A stretch of 63,550 nucleotides of DNA, filler included, from Octopus bimaculoides (GCF_001194135.2; 6 parts of 6 records of this genome joined end to end with filler, not necessarily neighbours in it), one strand, 5' to 3'; counted from the whole stretch's first letter, positions 12,869-27,245 are shown. A program made the numbers and translations. Notes: generated by a model not told the origin, from the letters alone.

Positions 12869-14395
12869 CTCGGTAGAACATTTTACTGCAAGACGAAAGG
12901 TCAATTTCGGTAAGACTCCTTTTTCTTCTCTTTACGGCATGGCAACTTCAGTGAATAATAAATTTTCTAAGTGTTGTTACTCAGGCGCTGTAGTCTTAGA
13001 GTTGCTGGCTGCTGACCAAATTAATTCTTATCTTAACCACTCTTTCATGGTATTGGGAAATCAGCAAAGCTGAAGGCGATTTTTTGTTTTTGTTTTTGTA
13101 CTGTACAGGTACTGACGATTGAATACTAAATAAGAACAACAGTTGAGAACATTAATTAGATATTCATCTTATGAAGTAATACCATTCCTTTGCATTTGTC
13201 ATCATCTCACATCGTTCTCAACAGCATACTCAAAATAAACATTGTGTGTGAAGTTGTTTAATGCAAAGGGTTAATTATAACCGGATTTTATTCACCTCTA
13301 TCAACCGAAGCTCTTCTCGTCAAAGTCACTTTATGATTGAATCTGTATCTATGCTAAAAGGTACTGTGTTTGTGTTGTTCTATATAGTACAAGCAGTTAG
13401 AAATTCAACTCTAATAGAGAACCAAGTTACTTGAAACAAAAGCTGTTCCTAAGAAATTGGATAGCATCAAATACTTTTTTATTTTATGTTTGCTACTCGG
13501 AAGACCGGGTGGTAAACAAAACGCAGTGCTATTTATATGGTACAAACTCATGTCGGTTATCGTTTAGCCCCGAGTCAACCCTAATCAAGCAGACCTATAA
13601 CCAAAAGCATTCCAGCCGCGTCCATAGTGTCTTTTTTTAAGGTTGCCTAAGGTTACCTAAGGTTACATTAAGTAATGAGGTTTTCTTTCCTTTTGTCTTT
13701 ATTATTTATGATAGTAAGGCATGATTTAAGGGAGATATAGTTGCTATTTCTACCAACCCGTGATGCCTAGACCCTTCCTCGATAGCTCAAAAAGATTTAT
13801 CAGTGAAATTAGGGAGCATTCATGTGATCGCTCAATGCACTTAGAGTTAACAACCCTAAACCCACCAACACCACCAACCCCCAGCCTACTGGCTTAAGAA
13901 GGGAGGATACATTTAATAACGTAGTCCAAGATAAGCTACACGATTATAATGTTTGCTCCAGTAATCTCATGTCTAAAGGTGAAACATTCTAAGTTATTTA
14001 CATCCACTTTGTTTTATTCTTCGTTCATCATATTATTTTCCGGTACAGACAGGTTTTGGTGTCTGACTAGATTCGAACTTGGGGGCCTTTATTTCTAAAC
14101 TAATAACATTAATGTTCTTATCTACAATGGCACTGACGCATGTGTAATTAATCATTGCATTTGTATTACAAATATTTATTCAACTAACCTAAAGTACGTT
14201 TGTTCCTAATCCCTGACGCTGATGTAGCTATTTTTATCCCGACCAGGCGGTCCACTAGCGCAACTCAGTCACTGATATTGACTGGTTTTTAGTTAAATCT
14301 ACAGCTTTTAATCTACCCAGGATTGTTACTCTTCGGTATTTCCCATTGAGGAAGACAAAGGAGCAGGAAACACACGTCTGGGAATCCACTAGAGG

Positions 14396-14687
14396 GTTTA
14401 TTGAGGGAAAACACCTAAAGCTCCACGAGGCTCCGGTAGGGGATGGTGGCGAACCCTGCTGTACTCTTTCACCACAACTGTCTCTCACTTTTTCTTCCTG
14501 TTTCTGTTGTCACTGTAATTCAAAGGGTCAGCCTTGTCACGCTGAATCTCCCTGAGAACTACGTTAAGGGTACACGTGTCTGTGGAGTGCTCTGTCACTT
14601 GCACGTTAATTTCACGAGCAGGCTGTTCCGTTGATCGGATCAACTGGAACCCTCGACGTCGTAAGCGACGGAGTGCCAACAACAACA
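14396..14687 (+). mobile_element. SINE family A, 5'-truncated
   Basis: Matches the body and tail of 611-990 and lacks the tRNA head. Confidence 0.85.
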
Positions 14688-16282
14688 CCTTTTACCATAC
14701 AAAGAATGTTTATTCCACTATAACTGCAGTGAATTTACCTTTAGAAATTAAAATATGTTACAAACATATTTAGACTAATCTAAAGTTCACTTTTCCTAAT
14801 CACTGCTTGACTGAGATACATACATACATACATACATACATACATAGGGTTCTTTACGGTTTCCGTCTATCATTCATAAATCATTGGTCGGCGCGCGGCA
14901 ATAGTAGAAGACACCCAAAGTACTGTGCATTGGAACTGAGCTCGAAACATTGATAGGATTTTTGTGAATGAGTACTAAATGCCTACTTCTCAGTACCATT
15001 CATCCAATGTTATGTCCGTTCCTAAGTTAAATCTATCTCCACCCAAGATAATCTACTACCGAAAGTTAAATCTACCACATAAAATAGGAGAAAACATAAA
15101 ATGTCCAACCCGAGGAGTCATCATATCACTCAACATTTGGAATGTTTTGGTCTTTAAAACGAAGAACTTAACAATATATAACATTATATAGCTTTTGGAA
15201 CAAAAACAAAACACCCCATTCCAGGAAAGCTTTTGCAATACTAAACAAAGCCAAACCAATGCCAAACTAAAAACATCTTACCTCCCAAAATAAACATCTA
15301 CTTAAGAACAACAAGATTTTTTTCTTCCCCGTAAATAGCAATAAGTTCCTTTGTCTCGATTTAGAAACAGCGTTACATTTGGTTTATGAAAGAATTTCAA
15401 AATCGACAGCTACAAACTCTCTATAAATAGTGTCTATAAATTCTTTACAGTACTTTTTGTTTCCTTCGGTTTTTTTTTCTTTTCTTTTCTTTTCTTTTCT
15501 TTCTGCTTTATTTATGCGTATGGGGTTTGGAGTGGCTCCTTATTGCGTTTAAAAGTTTTTCTCATTCATTTCTGTTCAAATCGATACATTTACAGACTTA
15601 ATCCCTAGCCAATGAAAGTGTAAAAGAGTGGAACCAAGTAATAATGGTGTAAAGGTGTTGATTCATTGTAACCAAACTGAATGAAAACTCTGTGCCAGTG
15701 GCTGGATTATATCTGTGAGCTATGTATGTGTATGTGTATGCGCGTAAAGGAGTCTGAGTGTGTAAAAGTGTCTGTGTGTTTGCGTGTGTGTGTACGTGTG
15801 TTTGTCGGTGTCTGTGTGTTTGAGTCTGTGTGTGCGTGTCTGTGTGTATATGTTGAGTCTATTTGTGTGAGTCTGTCTGTTTCTATATGTCTGTCTGTGC
15901 ATTTGTCAGTATGCGTGTGTATGCGTGTTTAAAAGAGATTTTGTTCCGTTTCTTTTCCTGAATATATTTTTTCCGTTTTTTTTCCTAATCATTGGAATTA
16001 TTCTGACCAAAAGCGAAGATGACTGAGTCTAAAGGATACGATGCTGATTAAACTAAATGAGAGATATCTATTAGCCTGTCTCCTGTTACTAACATTGCGT
16101 TGCATTGATTGTCAAGATGAATAACTCTCAAAACCCTTAATATTCTTTTAAAATTTCCAATAACTTCGTCTGAAATGTTTATTGTATCTGTGTGTGTGCA
16201 TGTGTGTGTATGTGTTTTGTATTTATTATATGTGATAGAGAAAGAGAAAGTTTGTATCATAGCTAAAGCACTTTAATTTCTA

Positions 16283-16545
16283 TTCATTCATCTTCTCTGC
16301 TTCCTGAGAAAGAGATGGAGGTAGAGTACTCAAGCACCTCCTCCATAGGTTCCTGTCAGAAGCTACTGCCATTTCACTTTCCGGATGAATTCCCAAGCGT
16401 GACCAGCTGGAGCAACGAATATTATCCAACAATCTTTGTTCTTGGTCTTCCGCCAGGTCTGTTGCCGGTTGGCTTGGTCTGCTGCCGAAGAATCTATCTT
16501 GCAATTCGTTCTTGCGACATTCTAATCACAGGTCCGTAGTACCGA
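16283..16545 (-). mobile_element. RTE-clade LINE 3' end
   Basis: Minus strand LRYYG..IRMSQER, RPGGRPR, RLLDNI...ASDRNLWR, ending in an (ATGA)n tail. Confidence 0.7.
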
Positions 16546-17309
16546 AGCTATGACTTTTCAATGCGGCTCGGCCTAGAAAAACTCCCTGGTCTCCGAGCTA
16601 CGCACCCTGTAGAATAATCTAACACAAGAGACCCTTCGGAGGAAATTGGGTTTAATTTCCAAGCATACAGTTTTTTTAAGTGCACAATTTTTAATTGTGT
16701 AGAAATTTTCTCAAGCTGAGTTTTCTACACAGGGCTCTAATATTCTTGACCAAGTTTGTTATATCAGTCAGAACGTTACCAGTTTGTATCATGAAGCCGG
16801 TGTCTATGGGAATTTTGTCTTTATCCTGAAGAAGAACTCTGTGGGAAACGTTGAATTTTCCACCCTCCACGGCAGTTTCTCTGAACTCCTTCTTCCGCTT
16901 TAGATATAATAATTTTTTTTTTAGTAATGTATGTGTGCATATATATACAAACAAATCTGGGCACATATATACACTGCGTTTCAAATTATTAACGACGTAG
17001 CACTCTTTGAATTTTATTTGAAAACTATTCCGTGGAATTCAACGAAGTGTTCACAGAACGTGATGTGTAAAACACGTGGGGTTCTGTAAAACAACAAAGA
17101 AACTACGGCGATTTACCAAATTCACGTAAACCTTCCCTGTTTCAAATTATTAGCGAGGGGTAATCAAAACTCATGTAAACAAGAAAATGCCAATTTGATT
17201 GTTTGATGTATATACTGAAATGAACACATGAACACATACAGTCATAAACATGGAAGAAATAGAAGTAAACAAATATACAGCATTTAAAAATGATAGGTGA
17301 GCTGGTTAA

Positions 17310-17718
17310 TAAGGGATATATGAGCCTTTATTTGACATAAGTTGGAAAAGACGCTGGTCCATGAAACATGCTAATTTCTGGATTTCCTCTGATATTATAC
17401 CACGAGATACATGCACTATTGCCTGCCACAGTTCATCTTTTCTCCTAAATTGGCGTCCATTTTCGTAAACTCGTCGCTTTAGAATACTTCACAAGTTTTC
17501 TATTGGTTTTAAAGGAAACAAACAGACCACTTCATCTTCGGAGGTCCACAGAAGCGTAATTGTTGCAGATATTCTGTAATTTTCTTCGCTGAATGTGAGG
17601 ACGCATTATCTTGTATGAATACATATTATAGCTGTCTTGAAGGTGATCCTTTGCTTTTTTAACCAAGGTTCAAGCTACTCCCTCAGAAAGGCTATGTAAG
17701 CATCATCAGTCATTTTAA
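17310..17718 (-). mobile_element. Tc1-family transposase C-terminal remnant
   Basis: Minus strand VKMTDDAYIAFLRE*LEPWLKKQ ... PIENL*SILKRRVYENGRQF..KDELWQAI...MDQRLF..SNKGSYI. Confidence 0.7.
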
Positions 17719-18090
17719 CACAAGAAACAATAAATCATATTATCTCTGGCTGCCCAGTCCTGGCTAAGAAGGAATATATTCACAGACACGACAGAGCTGG
17801 GACCTACATACACTGGAAGCTATGCCAACACTATCGAATAACAACAGGAAAAAAATGGTATAGGCACACGCCAGAAAAGGTCACAGAAAACGAGAAAGCA
17901 ACCATACTCTGGGATATGCCAATACACACAGATAGAGAAATTAAGGCTAATATGCCAGTTATAGTTGTCAGAGATCATGAAGAAAAAAAATGCTTTCTAA
18001 TTGATGTATCACTACCAGCAGATGACCACGTTTGTCTAAAAGAAATGGAGAAACTTTCAAAATACAAAGACCTGGAAATAGCGGTAACTC
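17719..18090 (+). mobile_element. RLE-type non-LTR retrotransposon fragment (R4/Dong/NeSL-like), abutting the Tc1 remnant
   Basis: QETINHIISGCPVLAKKEYIHRHD...YIHWKLC...WDMPIHTDREIKAN...CFLIDVSLP...EKLSKYKDL. Runs into a gap. Confidence 0.85.
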
Positions 18091-18892
18091 NNNNNNNNNN
18101 NNNNNNNNNNNNNNNNNNNNNNNNNNNNNNNNNNNNNNNNNNNNNNNNNNNNNNNNNNNNNNNNNNNNNNNNNNNNNNNNNNNNNNNNNNNNNNNNNNNN
18201 NNNNNNNNNNNNNNNNNNNNNNNNNNNNNNNNNNNNNNNNNNNNNNNNNNNNNNNNNNNNNNNNNNNNNNNNNNNNNNNNNNNNNNNNNNNNNNNNNNNN
18301 NNNNNNNNNNNNNNNNNNNNNNNNNNNNNNNNNNNNNNNNNNNNNNNNNNNNNNNNNNNNNNNNNNNNNNNNNNNNNNNNNNNNNNNNNNNNNNNNNNNN
18401 NNNNNNNNNNNNNNNNNNNNNNNNNNNNNNNNNNNNNNNNNNNNNNNNNNNNNNNNNNNNNNNNNNNNNNNNNNNNNNNNNNNNNNNNNNNNNNNNNNNN
18501 NNNNNNNNNNNNNNNNNNNNNNNNNNNNNNNNNNNNNNNNNNNNNNNNNNNNNNNNNNNNNNNNNNNNNNNNNNNNNNNNNNNNNNNNNNNNNNNNNNNN
18601 NNNNNNNNNNNNNNNNNNNNNNNNNNNNNNNNNNNNNNNNNNNNNNNNNNNNNNNNNNNNNNNNNNNNNNNNNNNNNNNNNNNNNNNNNNNNNNNNNNNN
18701 NNNNNNNNNNNNNNNNNNNNNNNNNNNNNNNNNNNNNNNNNNNNNNNNNNNNNNNNNNNNNNNNNNNNNNNNNNNNNNNNNNNNNNNNNNNNNNNNNNNN
18801 NNNNNNNNNNNNNNNNNNNNNNNNNNNACTAAGCATTTCGCCTGGCGTGCTAACGTTTCTGCCAGCTCGCCGCCTAAATAATAATAATAATA

Positions 18893-18949
<57 letters not shown>

Positions 18950-19163
18950 GTTGTTGTTGTTGTTGTTGTTGTTATTATTACTCTACCGATTTGGGGATAG
19001 GAACTACCGTCCTTTCTGTTACTTGCCCAATATACAATTCCACTCGAACATTTCTCTTTTCAGGAATATATCTACTTTTAATTAAGATTTACAATAACTA
19101 ATTATTTTATTTCAGTCATTTTATTTTATGCATCTTTTCCTTTTATTATTTTTCATCTTTCAG

Positions 19164-19267
19164 AGCGAAGAATTTCGATCCTGGAAGACACGATGCGTTA
19201 ATCTGTTTGAAAGTGGAACGGTTAGAATACGATCCGCACTACGCATATAAATTGTCACGTCTCAACA
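19164..19267 (+). CDS. Next exon of the same gene (R-AKNFDPGRHDALICLKVERLEYDPHYAYKLSRLN-S)
   Basis: Acceptor ttttattatttttcatctttcag, donor A|gtaaga at 19268. 104 nt, phase 2 in and phase 1 out, matching both neighbouring exons. Confidence 0.8.
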
Positions 19268-19629
19268 GTAAGATAGTTTATTTACTTATCATTATGCTTT
19301 TAGTGTTATTGTTGTTGTTCATTTTGTAATCTTTATTCCTCGATGAATAGGTTTTACTCGCGGAAATATTTAAGCGAAGAGTTTGTAAGCAAACGAAATA
19401 CTTCTTAGTTATACATTGTATTCATCATCGTCTAGACCAATGAACTACACAGCTTCTTTGTAAGTATTTTAACCGCCGAAAAGAAAATGTTGTTAATAGC
19501 AACCAACACCTACGTGGAAAGAGAATCACAGAAATGAACTAGGAATGCACGTAGTAATGTTATCTAGTAAGAAATTTTTATTCACACAATGCAGTATTCT
19601 TACATAAGGTTATACTAAATTTTAAAGAA

Positions 19630-19990
19630 ACAACTGGAACTGTGGTATTGATGGCGTTCCGAATGGGCCTTAAGTACATAAGTAAAATGAAATGGCTCCA
19701 GGTGTAAATAGAAACCCGGTAGCTTATTTGATTCACCAGAAACTTATTTTAAAACTTTTTACTTTGGAAGTCAGATGAGAATTCGAGAAAACATTGACAC
19801 AAAATCTTCGTTAAAATGCTTACACGTTTCGTTAAGAGATGGACATACGAGGAAATAATTAAATTTATAAGTTGCTTCAAAATGATTAAAATTAGAGCTA
19901 AATTCTGGAATGTTGTACAGCTTTCGACGTCAGTAAATGTAGACAATTTCATCCTCCACTGACAAATACTGAATCGTTTGAGAAAGCTCA
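19630..19990 (+). mobile_element. Possible highly decayed hAT transposase fragment
   Basis: Discontinuous motifs CGIDGVP, APGV, LIHQ and IIKFI..KIRA resemble hAT DGA / HC..H / VNFI.SRA. Many stops. Confidence 0.3.
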
Positions 19991-21188
19991 AAAGCTTCAG
20001 AATTTTGAGCAACCTCAATGGGTACTTTACCCTTTACTTCATTATTCTATGCTAACGACAATAGTGATATATATATAAGTAACTGAACTTGATGGTGAAT
20101 TAAAAATTAGTCGTCGACTTAAGTCTCTTGATCTACGGGATTCACCATTTACAAAGACTGGTTTCTTTTTTGACTCAACAATCTTAACATTTTAGAGAAG
20201 GGAAATAGGAAATGTAACGTTTAAACCATTCGTACTGAATTAATTCTGTATGAGAAAATTCTCTTTGATGACAGCTTACCACTTCCTTAATTTACAGCAC
20301 TTGATACTTTCTATTACAAATATTGACTGATAAAAATTACCAGCAAACTTACTGACGATCTTTAATATATTTAATACACTAACCATCTTTAAATACTGGC
20401 AATCGTTCATATACAACTTACTGGTCATCTTTAATATATAATTTTATGAGAATAAACTATACTTTTGTCATATAGAGGGGATATAGCAGAATGTTGGATG
20501 AAGATTGAAGTTCAATATCAGCTAAGGTCGAATAGGAAATATTCATCACTTTGAAATTATAATCCTCTCTGATCACGCAATTTGGTCTATCGATTGTAAC
20601 ATTGAACGACTTACAGATAATGATTTCTAACTTGAACCGACGCCCACAAACACAAATTTTTACAGGTACTTAGATTATCGACCTCTGAAGGACAAAAGGT
20701 AAATCCAACTCGCCCCTCTCAGTGGTTACCCAGTAGTGAATCGGCAGTTCCAAAGCCTTTGGCGAATTGTAAAGGAGACCTTTTCTAAGAAACGGTAGTT
20801 AATTTAACTTATTTTTTACTTATACTCCTTTATCGATGGAAAGATGTCAGCTGTTTAGTGTGATTTGAAAGTAAAGATGTTTAATATGAAACTGGAAATT
20901 GTCTATATTTCAATCACAGTTTGCACCATTATAGCTAACACGAAAGACTTAGGTAGTAAGCTTCTTTTCGGCAAGCTGATCCTTCAGCTTGGTTTCGATT
21001 CCTAGCTATAATTATTCCTCTTTGTTTAAGCAGTTGATACTTTTGAGAAATGCTCGAACATAATAGTACCTGCTTCCCGACATTTTTTTTTTTCCTTTTT
21101 ATCGAGAAGTTAATATTTAGATATCCATAGAGATTGTTTATGCATTCATTTCAGTTATTTCTCTATTCTCTTTTTTTCATTTTCCCAG

Positions 21189-21307
21189 GTGGTAACGTTC
21201 TCCACAACCAGCTCAGATTGATAAACGTGAATGAACCGCTGCAGCTTCATATACACTGTGACTGGATTGAAAGTCCCGGCATTGCAGAATATCTCTATCC
21301 ACTCTAG
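21189..21307 (+). CDS. Terminal coding exon of the same gene (S-GNVLHNQLRLINVNEPLQLHIHCDWIESPGIAEYLYPL*)
   Basis: Acceptor tttttttcattttcccag, phase 1 in, 38 codons then TAG at 21305-21307. Confidence 0.75.
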
Positions 21308-22441
21308 TGGCAATCCACATTGTGGTAATATCAGTAGTAGTAACAGTAATAGTAGTGTTTGTAATAGTTCATCTGTTGCTTTTTTTTAACTCAAAACTTC
21401 TGCAGCGGGGAATGAAACTCCCTTTTTCATTTTTTAAAAATTTGTTCTTGGAGTAAATTATCTGCCAAAGCAGAAATGTTTTACCACAGTAAACCTATAC
21501 TGAGTTGTTACGGCTTGTATCAAACCACGTCTAATTTTATTTCACTTTACTATGTCTCACATCTACCGCGGATTTCCCTCTTTCTCTCTATAAATGTCTA
21601 TTTATCTATTTCTCCTTCTCTCTCTCTTTCTTCTCTCTTTTCTTATTCCCTCTTATCCCAGTGATAGGAATGGATTTAAAGAATTATACATATACCCTCG
21701 GACTACTGACTCATGGGTTGTGAGATCAACTCCTATTTTGATGCGTTTTTTTGTGTCCATGGCCAAGACACTAAATTCTACTTTCCTCAGTTTACCTAGC
21801 TGTAGAACACCTGCCGAGTCTTCTGCAGAAAATTGCAATAGACAAGAGTGAGTCCAAACTAAAGGGCAGACATATCTCCTCTGCTGACCGCTACTGAACC
21901 CTCGAACAACCGCCCCTTTGAACCAATAAAAATTTGGCAAAATACATACAAAATCTGTATCCAAAATATATGTTCTCGTAGACGATCACAAGGAGATCCA
22001 TCAGTGATCACAGAAGAGACCCAATGCATGTAATTGGTTTAAATTTCTCACAAAAGATGCATAATAAACATTTTTACTGATACAAGAAAACAAAAATCTA
22101 GAAATTGAGAAGTAAATAAACGTTGTTCACCCGGTTAATCTTCATATCCATCACTGCTAAAAACTAACTTTGAATGGCATGTATATTTTAATGTCACACC
22201 GGCCATTTTGTTTCACAGAACTTTCTTTCTGATTGAATCTTTCTTTACATAAGATTAAACCTGTCTTTATTCTGTATTGATATTAAGTCTATAAAATATT
22301 CTCAACTCTGTTTTATTCATATTTAACGGTGTTTGTGTCTTTAATTTTCTCAATTTTTTCTCGATCATTTGCTACTAAGTCAGTTAAGAATGGTTGATTC
22401 GAAAAGTATATAAACTAACAATTATATAACACATATATGTG

Positions 22442-22493
<52 letters not shown>

Positions 22494-23067
22494 CACACAT
22501 ATATGTTTGTACATATATATGCATATGTGTTTATATGTCTAATTATGTATGTATGTAGTGTGAGTGTGTCCGATGTGATATGTGTATGTATTTCTCTTCG
22601 ATACTCTACAAAAAAAAAAAAAAGTTTTCAAGTAGTACTGCTTGACCTGATGTAACATGGTAATCAGACATTTTTTTTTAAAGCTAAAATTTAACGGCTA
22701 TTTTAGGACCTGAATCCTTCAGCCGCAGCATCTCTTTTATTTCTTAGAATATGTAAAGTTCAATCCTTAAGTAGATAAAGCAGTATACCAGCGATTGTTG
22801 TTCTCTGAACAAGGCACTGAAACATTGAATTATTTTATGAATCTCACTTAGTTGCCTGTTAAGTAAATAAGCGAAAGGTAAAGAGTAAATCACTCGATTG
22901 TGTAGCGACGCACGAAGTAATAGTAAGTATTAGAGGCACACAGAACTCCATTTTTTTTTCTTTTGCGCCTTTCATTATTTTCTCCGAGTCTCTTCTAGAA
23001 GGTTTCTCCTCTCTTTCTACCTTCTCACTCCCTATCATATTCAACATTAAGCTCTTAAAATTGGTGA

Positions 23068-23275
23068 CACAGAACTATGATTAAATTCTTTCACAGAACT
23101 ATGATTAAATTCTTTCACAGAACTACTACCAAAGTCTCTTAGTATTAATGCCTAAGAACTATGATCAAATTCTTTAACAAAACTATTATCAAATTATATA
23201 ACAGAACTATTACAAATTCTCTTCCTATATGTGGCTTACAGAACTATGACCAAATGGTCTTACAGAACTAATTCT
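23068..23275. repeat. Degenerate minisatellite, ~24-bp unit (acagaactatgattaaattctttc)
   Basis: About 7 agaactatg-anchored units. Confidence 0.8.
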
Positions 23276-25379
23276 TTTGTATAGGAAAATAATGTCTGAT
23301 TACTTGCTGGTTTTCTTCGATAAACTTAGCACGAAGGAGAACTTACGTAAATAATGAATGTAGTAAACAATAGTGTGATAGTTAGTTTATTAAGCTGGCA
23401 GGTATTTAAACAGAAAACGAAATTTTCATTTGCCACATTAACGCAAGTTCAGAATTTGGGATAAGAGCAGAATCGATTAAGTTGACTTCGGTACATGTCT
23501 AATGTTCACTTTATCGACGCTAGGAATTATGAAAAAGAAAATTTTTATCAGTTGTTTTTGTAGTAAGAACATAAAAGGACGTGACTAAACACTGGAAGAT
23601 TTTTTTTTTTTTTGTCCGACACGGTACCGATTCTGTCACTATTCCTTTGACAAAGAAATATATTGAAAAGTTTTTTACTCTTTAGAATTACCTTTTAGTC
23701 TGCAATTTTACCGCAGTTAGTATTATAAGAATAGTCTTGAAGAAGATTCATTAAAATGGTGAAAATTCATAAATTTTCACAGTCATTAAGCAGTGCACAT
23801 AGACAAATCACCTAACTCGCGTAGGCCAATTGTTCTTCGTTATAAATAAGTCACTACACAAAATGTTTGGCTTATAGTTGTAAGCAGCAGGAGCATTGTA
23901 AAATCAACTAATATTTTGTTGGCTTACCTGCTGAATTAAACTCATCCTATGGGGCTTTTTTTTTAATGATTGTAGACATTACATATACATGGTTGCTACA
24001 AAATGTCTATGATTTGATTTTGAAACTTAGAATCAGGAACTACATTGCAGTGAAACTAACCTAATAGTCCATTCAATATATACGATGGCCCCAAATCTTC
24101 TATAACTATTTCTCTTAGACAAGCAGGATTTATTGGAGTATAGAACGTTAACTTCAATGGCAATCAAAGTATGATGTAATTTAGTTTAATGTTCGAGAAA
24201 TAATTAGTATTGTGAATTCAACATCGAAATGAAATTGCCCTGAGGTCCCGGGTTGCCAGAACTAGCCCCTTATGTAACAGCATTTATTACTACCCTGGTT
24301 TATTATAACCAAATGCAAGATCGAACTGTAACACTGAATGGTATCAACTCTGCACAGTAATTGATAAATGCCCAGTAAATGGCTTGAAGCAGCACACACT
24401 GCATTACCTGTTGAACAACTACATCTCATTTTTTCTCTTGTACGAAATGAAATCGTTTTATCCACTTATCCTTATTGGCGAGGGTGGTGAGCTAGCAGAA
24501 TAGTTAATGCACCATGCAAAATGCATGGCAGCGTTTCGTGCTGAGTTCAAGTTCCGCCAAGGTCGACTTTGCCCTTCATCCATTCCGGGTCGATACAATA
24601 AGTACTAGTTAAACACTGGGGTCAATGTAATCGACTTATCCCCTCCCCTGAGTTTACTGGTTTTGTGCAAAAATTTGAAACCATTATTATTTTATTTGTC
24701 TATCAACATATATTGCACATCACTCCCGTAAGTTTGTTATTATTTCTATTGTTACACAAAGTTATATACTGAAGATTTATCATCGTTTTATAGATAAACT
24801 AACCATAACCTTGGAGAGCTGGTTAGTTTTCTTCATCTGTAGTCTTTAGAGGCTAAACTGAGGTTTGTTTAGCAAACATACCCCCACCGTTTTTGTTTTA
24901 AAAAAGAAACAAAATGGCCCACAAGGATTGTTTACCCGCTGAAAAGAACAGCCAGCTATGTGCAAAACCGAACAACGAAATTGTGAAAATCAGTGACAGT
25001 AGCAGAAATAACAACAGCAGGAACAACACTAACAACAACATAGCACGAGAAAAGTATGAAGCTAATTTTCCGTTGCTAAAAGTTTCAACATCGCCATCAC
25101 GTGAACAACAAAAGAGAACAATGTGGAAAAAAAAAGCAACAACAGCAAATACACCGCCACCAAGGACAACCTTCAAAAGTGGGGAATAGTGGCTAATTTT
25201 GACATACCTCGGTCGGAAGGAGACTGAATAAAAGTAGTAGAGGTACTACCAGACATAGATAGCTCTTTGCTGGTGGCAGCCGTATTACATGGCATGGTGA
25301 ATAAATAAAACAATTCTCCAAGTGCACAAAATGGAAATGAATGTTAGTTAGGCACAAAAATAGACACTGCTAACACAAC

Positions 25380-27245
25380 AACATTAGCAACAGCCGCAGC
25401 ACCAACAACACCTACAGCATCAGTGCCAAGAGCAGCAACATCTGAAACAACATCAACTGAAGGAGCAGCGAGAGAGATCCATTCCACAACGTCAGCAGCA
25501 AGCAACGGCACCACACCTGAGAAAAACTATAACAACCCCCTACACTATCGCAACTGAGAGAAGTCTCACCCACACCAACCGAACAGATCACCAGCTTTCT
25601 TCTCTCTCCTGACACAAATTTCTCCGACTGTGACAACTCGCCTAGCGAGGAAAACAATTTGGGGTAATGACTAGAATGGATCCTGGTGAAAGGAAAAAGG
25701 AAACAATTGCAAAATGAACAACGCGGTACAAGACCAAGAAAGAGATTAGAAGAAGTGACACAGAAACCAACAAACCAACACACGCCCACACACACACTAC
25801 ACCAACACAATTACAAACATCAACGCTTCAAACACCGCCAACATTACAAACACCGCAACAAAGGAAAACACATAGCAATCCAGACTAACAATATGAACAG
25901 CACTCTCAAGACAGCACTAGCTACACGGTCATAGACACAAACGATAAAAACTTAATAAAACATATTCAAAAATAAAACAAATATTACTCTAAATGAATCC
26001 ATGGCACCCTCGCATAACACTCCTATTCACCTAAAAATGATAAAAACAACGAACTGAAACCAAAATATCCCAAAGGAATGGAGGATTTCCATGGAGCTGT
26101 ATACAAAAACTCAACAAAGAAATGTTTGTGGAGACATCCACAAATAGCCAGAAGGAGAGAACACCTGTCTCTCCAAAGAATTAGGGTGATTCTCTTCACT
26201 CACCTTCTCTCTGACAAACATGGCCTTGCTCAGAATAAGCAGTATAAATGCATGCGGCCTAGGGTCACCTTGGAAGCAGGGCCACCTACTCAATGACTTC
26301 AGGTCACTAAGTATAGACGTCGTGGCTAGTAAGACAAGATTTTCCAATCGAGAAACTTTCAAAAACATTTTCGATGGAAACCAGATTTACTTATCTCCAT
26401 GTCACCCGGGAATGAGAGTGAGGATTACGATGTTCTTCCGGAAATACCTGGATCTCAAGATAAGGGCCATCTTCCAGGACTCAGAAGGTAAGTTGGTGAT
26501 CTTGGATGTGAACAGTAACGAAAAGATTGTCTTCCGACTGGTGACTGTCTATGTTCCAGCAGGGGCAGGACAGCCGAAGTTTTTCAGAAGTCTAGAAATT
26601 TTTCTTGAGAACGTCTCGATTTTCAGTGTTAATGGGTGACTAGAGCGGCATCTTGGATGCACGTTTAGATTGTGTGGGGCTAACTGTTAGAAGAAGAGGG
26701 TGCAAAAGCCTCACAATACTGCTCAGACGTGTTCAACTGTCTGACAGGTAAAGACTGGATTTCCTAATTGTGCCAGTGAGGACATGGACGAATCGCATCG
26801 GATCATCTAGGTCGACTCTAGATAGAGTAGTCTGTATGCCAGTAAATAAGGATAGCATAAGCTGTCCACTTTTTTAAATCGTCGGTTACACAGGCTAGAA
26901 ATTTGTGATCTGCACAGTCAATCTAGATAGGATTCGTAGGCAGGGACCCGGTTACTATAAGCTGGACGCGTCACTCGGTGTGCCAAGCTTACAGAGACCG
27001 AATTAGTGAATTGGTTAAGTGGGCGTTGATAGCGTCAATCCTCAATGGTGTTTGGCCTGAAAAGATAGAATAGAATATATTAAGTTTTATAAAGTATTAA
27101 TGATAGAAAGAAATAGAATAGAAGGAAATTTGGCTATAAACTTAGAAGAAACGCTTAGGAAAGACATCACAACTGGTATGCTGGCCGCGAGATTGTCCCT
27201 CGGTCAATTCTGCAGTGCTAAGCACGAGAAATGCATTGTCAGAGT
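25380..27245 (+). mobile_element. Tx1/L1-clade LINE remnant, low-complexity ORF1 tail plus ORF2 AP endonuclease
   Basis: ORF 26220-26639 (LRISSINACGL, EGKLVILDV, FRLVTVYVP), then frameshifted RSTLDRV, GPGYYKLD and KHEKCIVR. Upstream T/A/S-rich frame with EWILVKGKRK. Confidence 0.75.

Noticed and set aside
16691-16984. Open frames on both strands, a possible extra exon of the small-protein gene
   Set aside because: No convincing donor, and exons 8546 and 19164 already join in phase.
9793-23275. Short tandem arrays at 9793 and 23068 as CRISPR-like repeats
   Set aside because: No unique spacers, eukaryotic context and no cas genes, so they are minisatellites.
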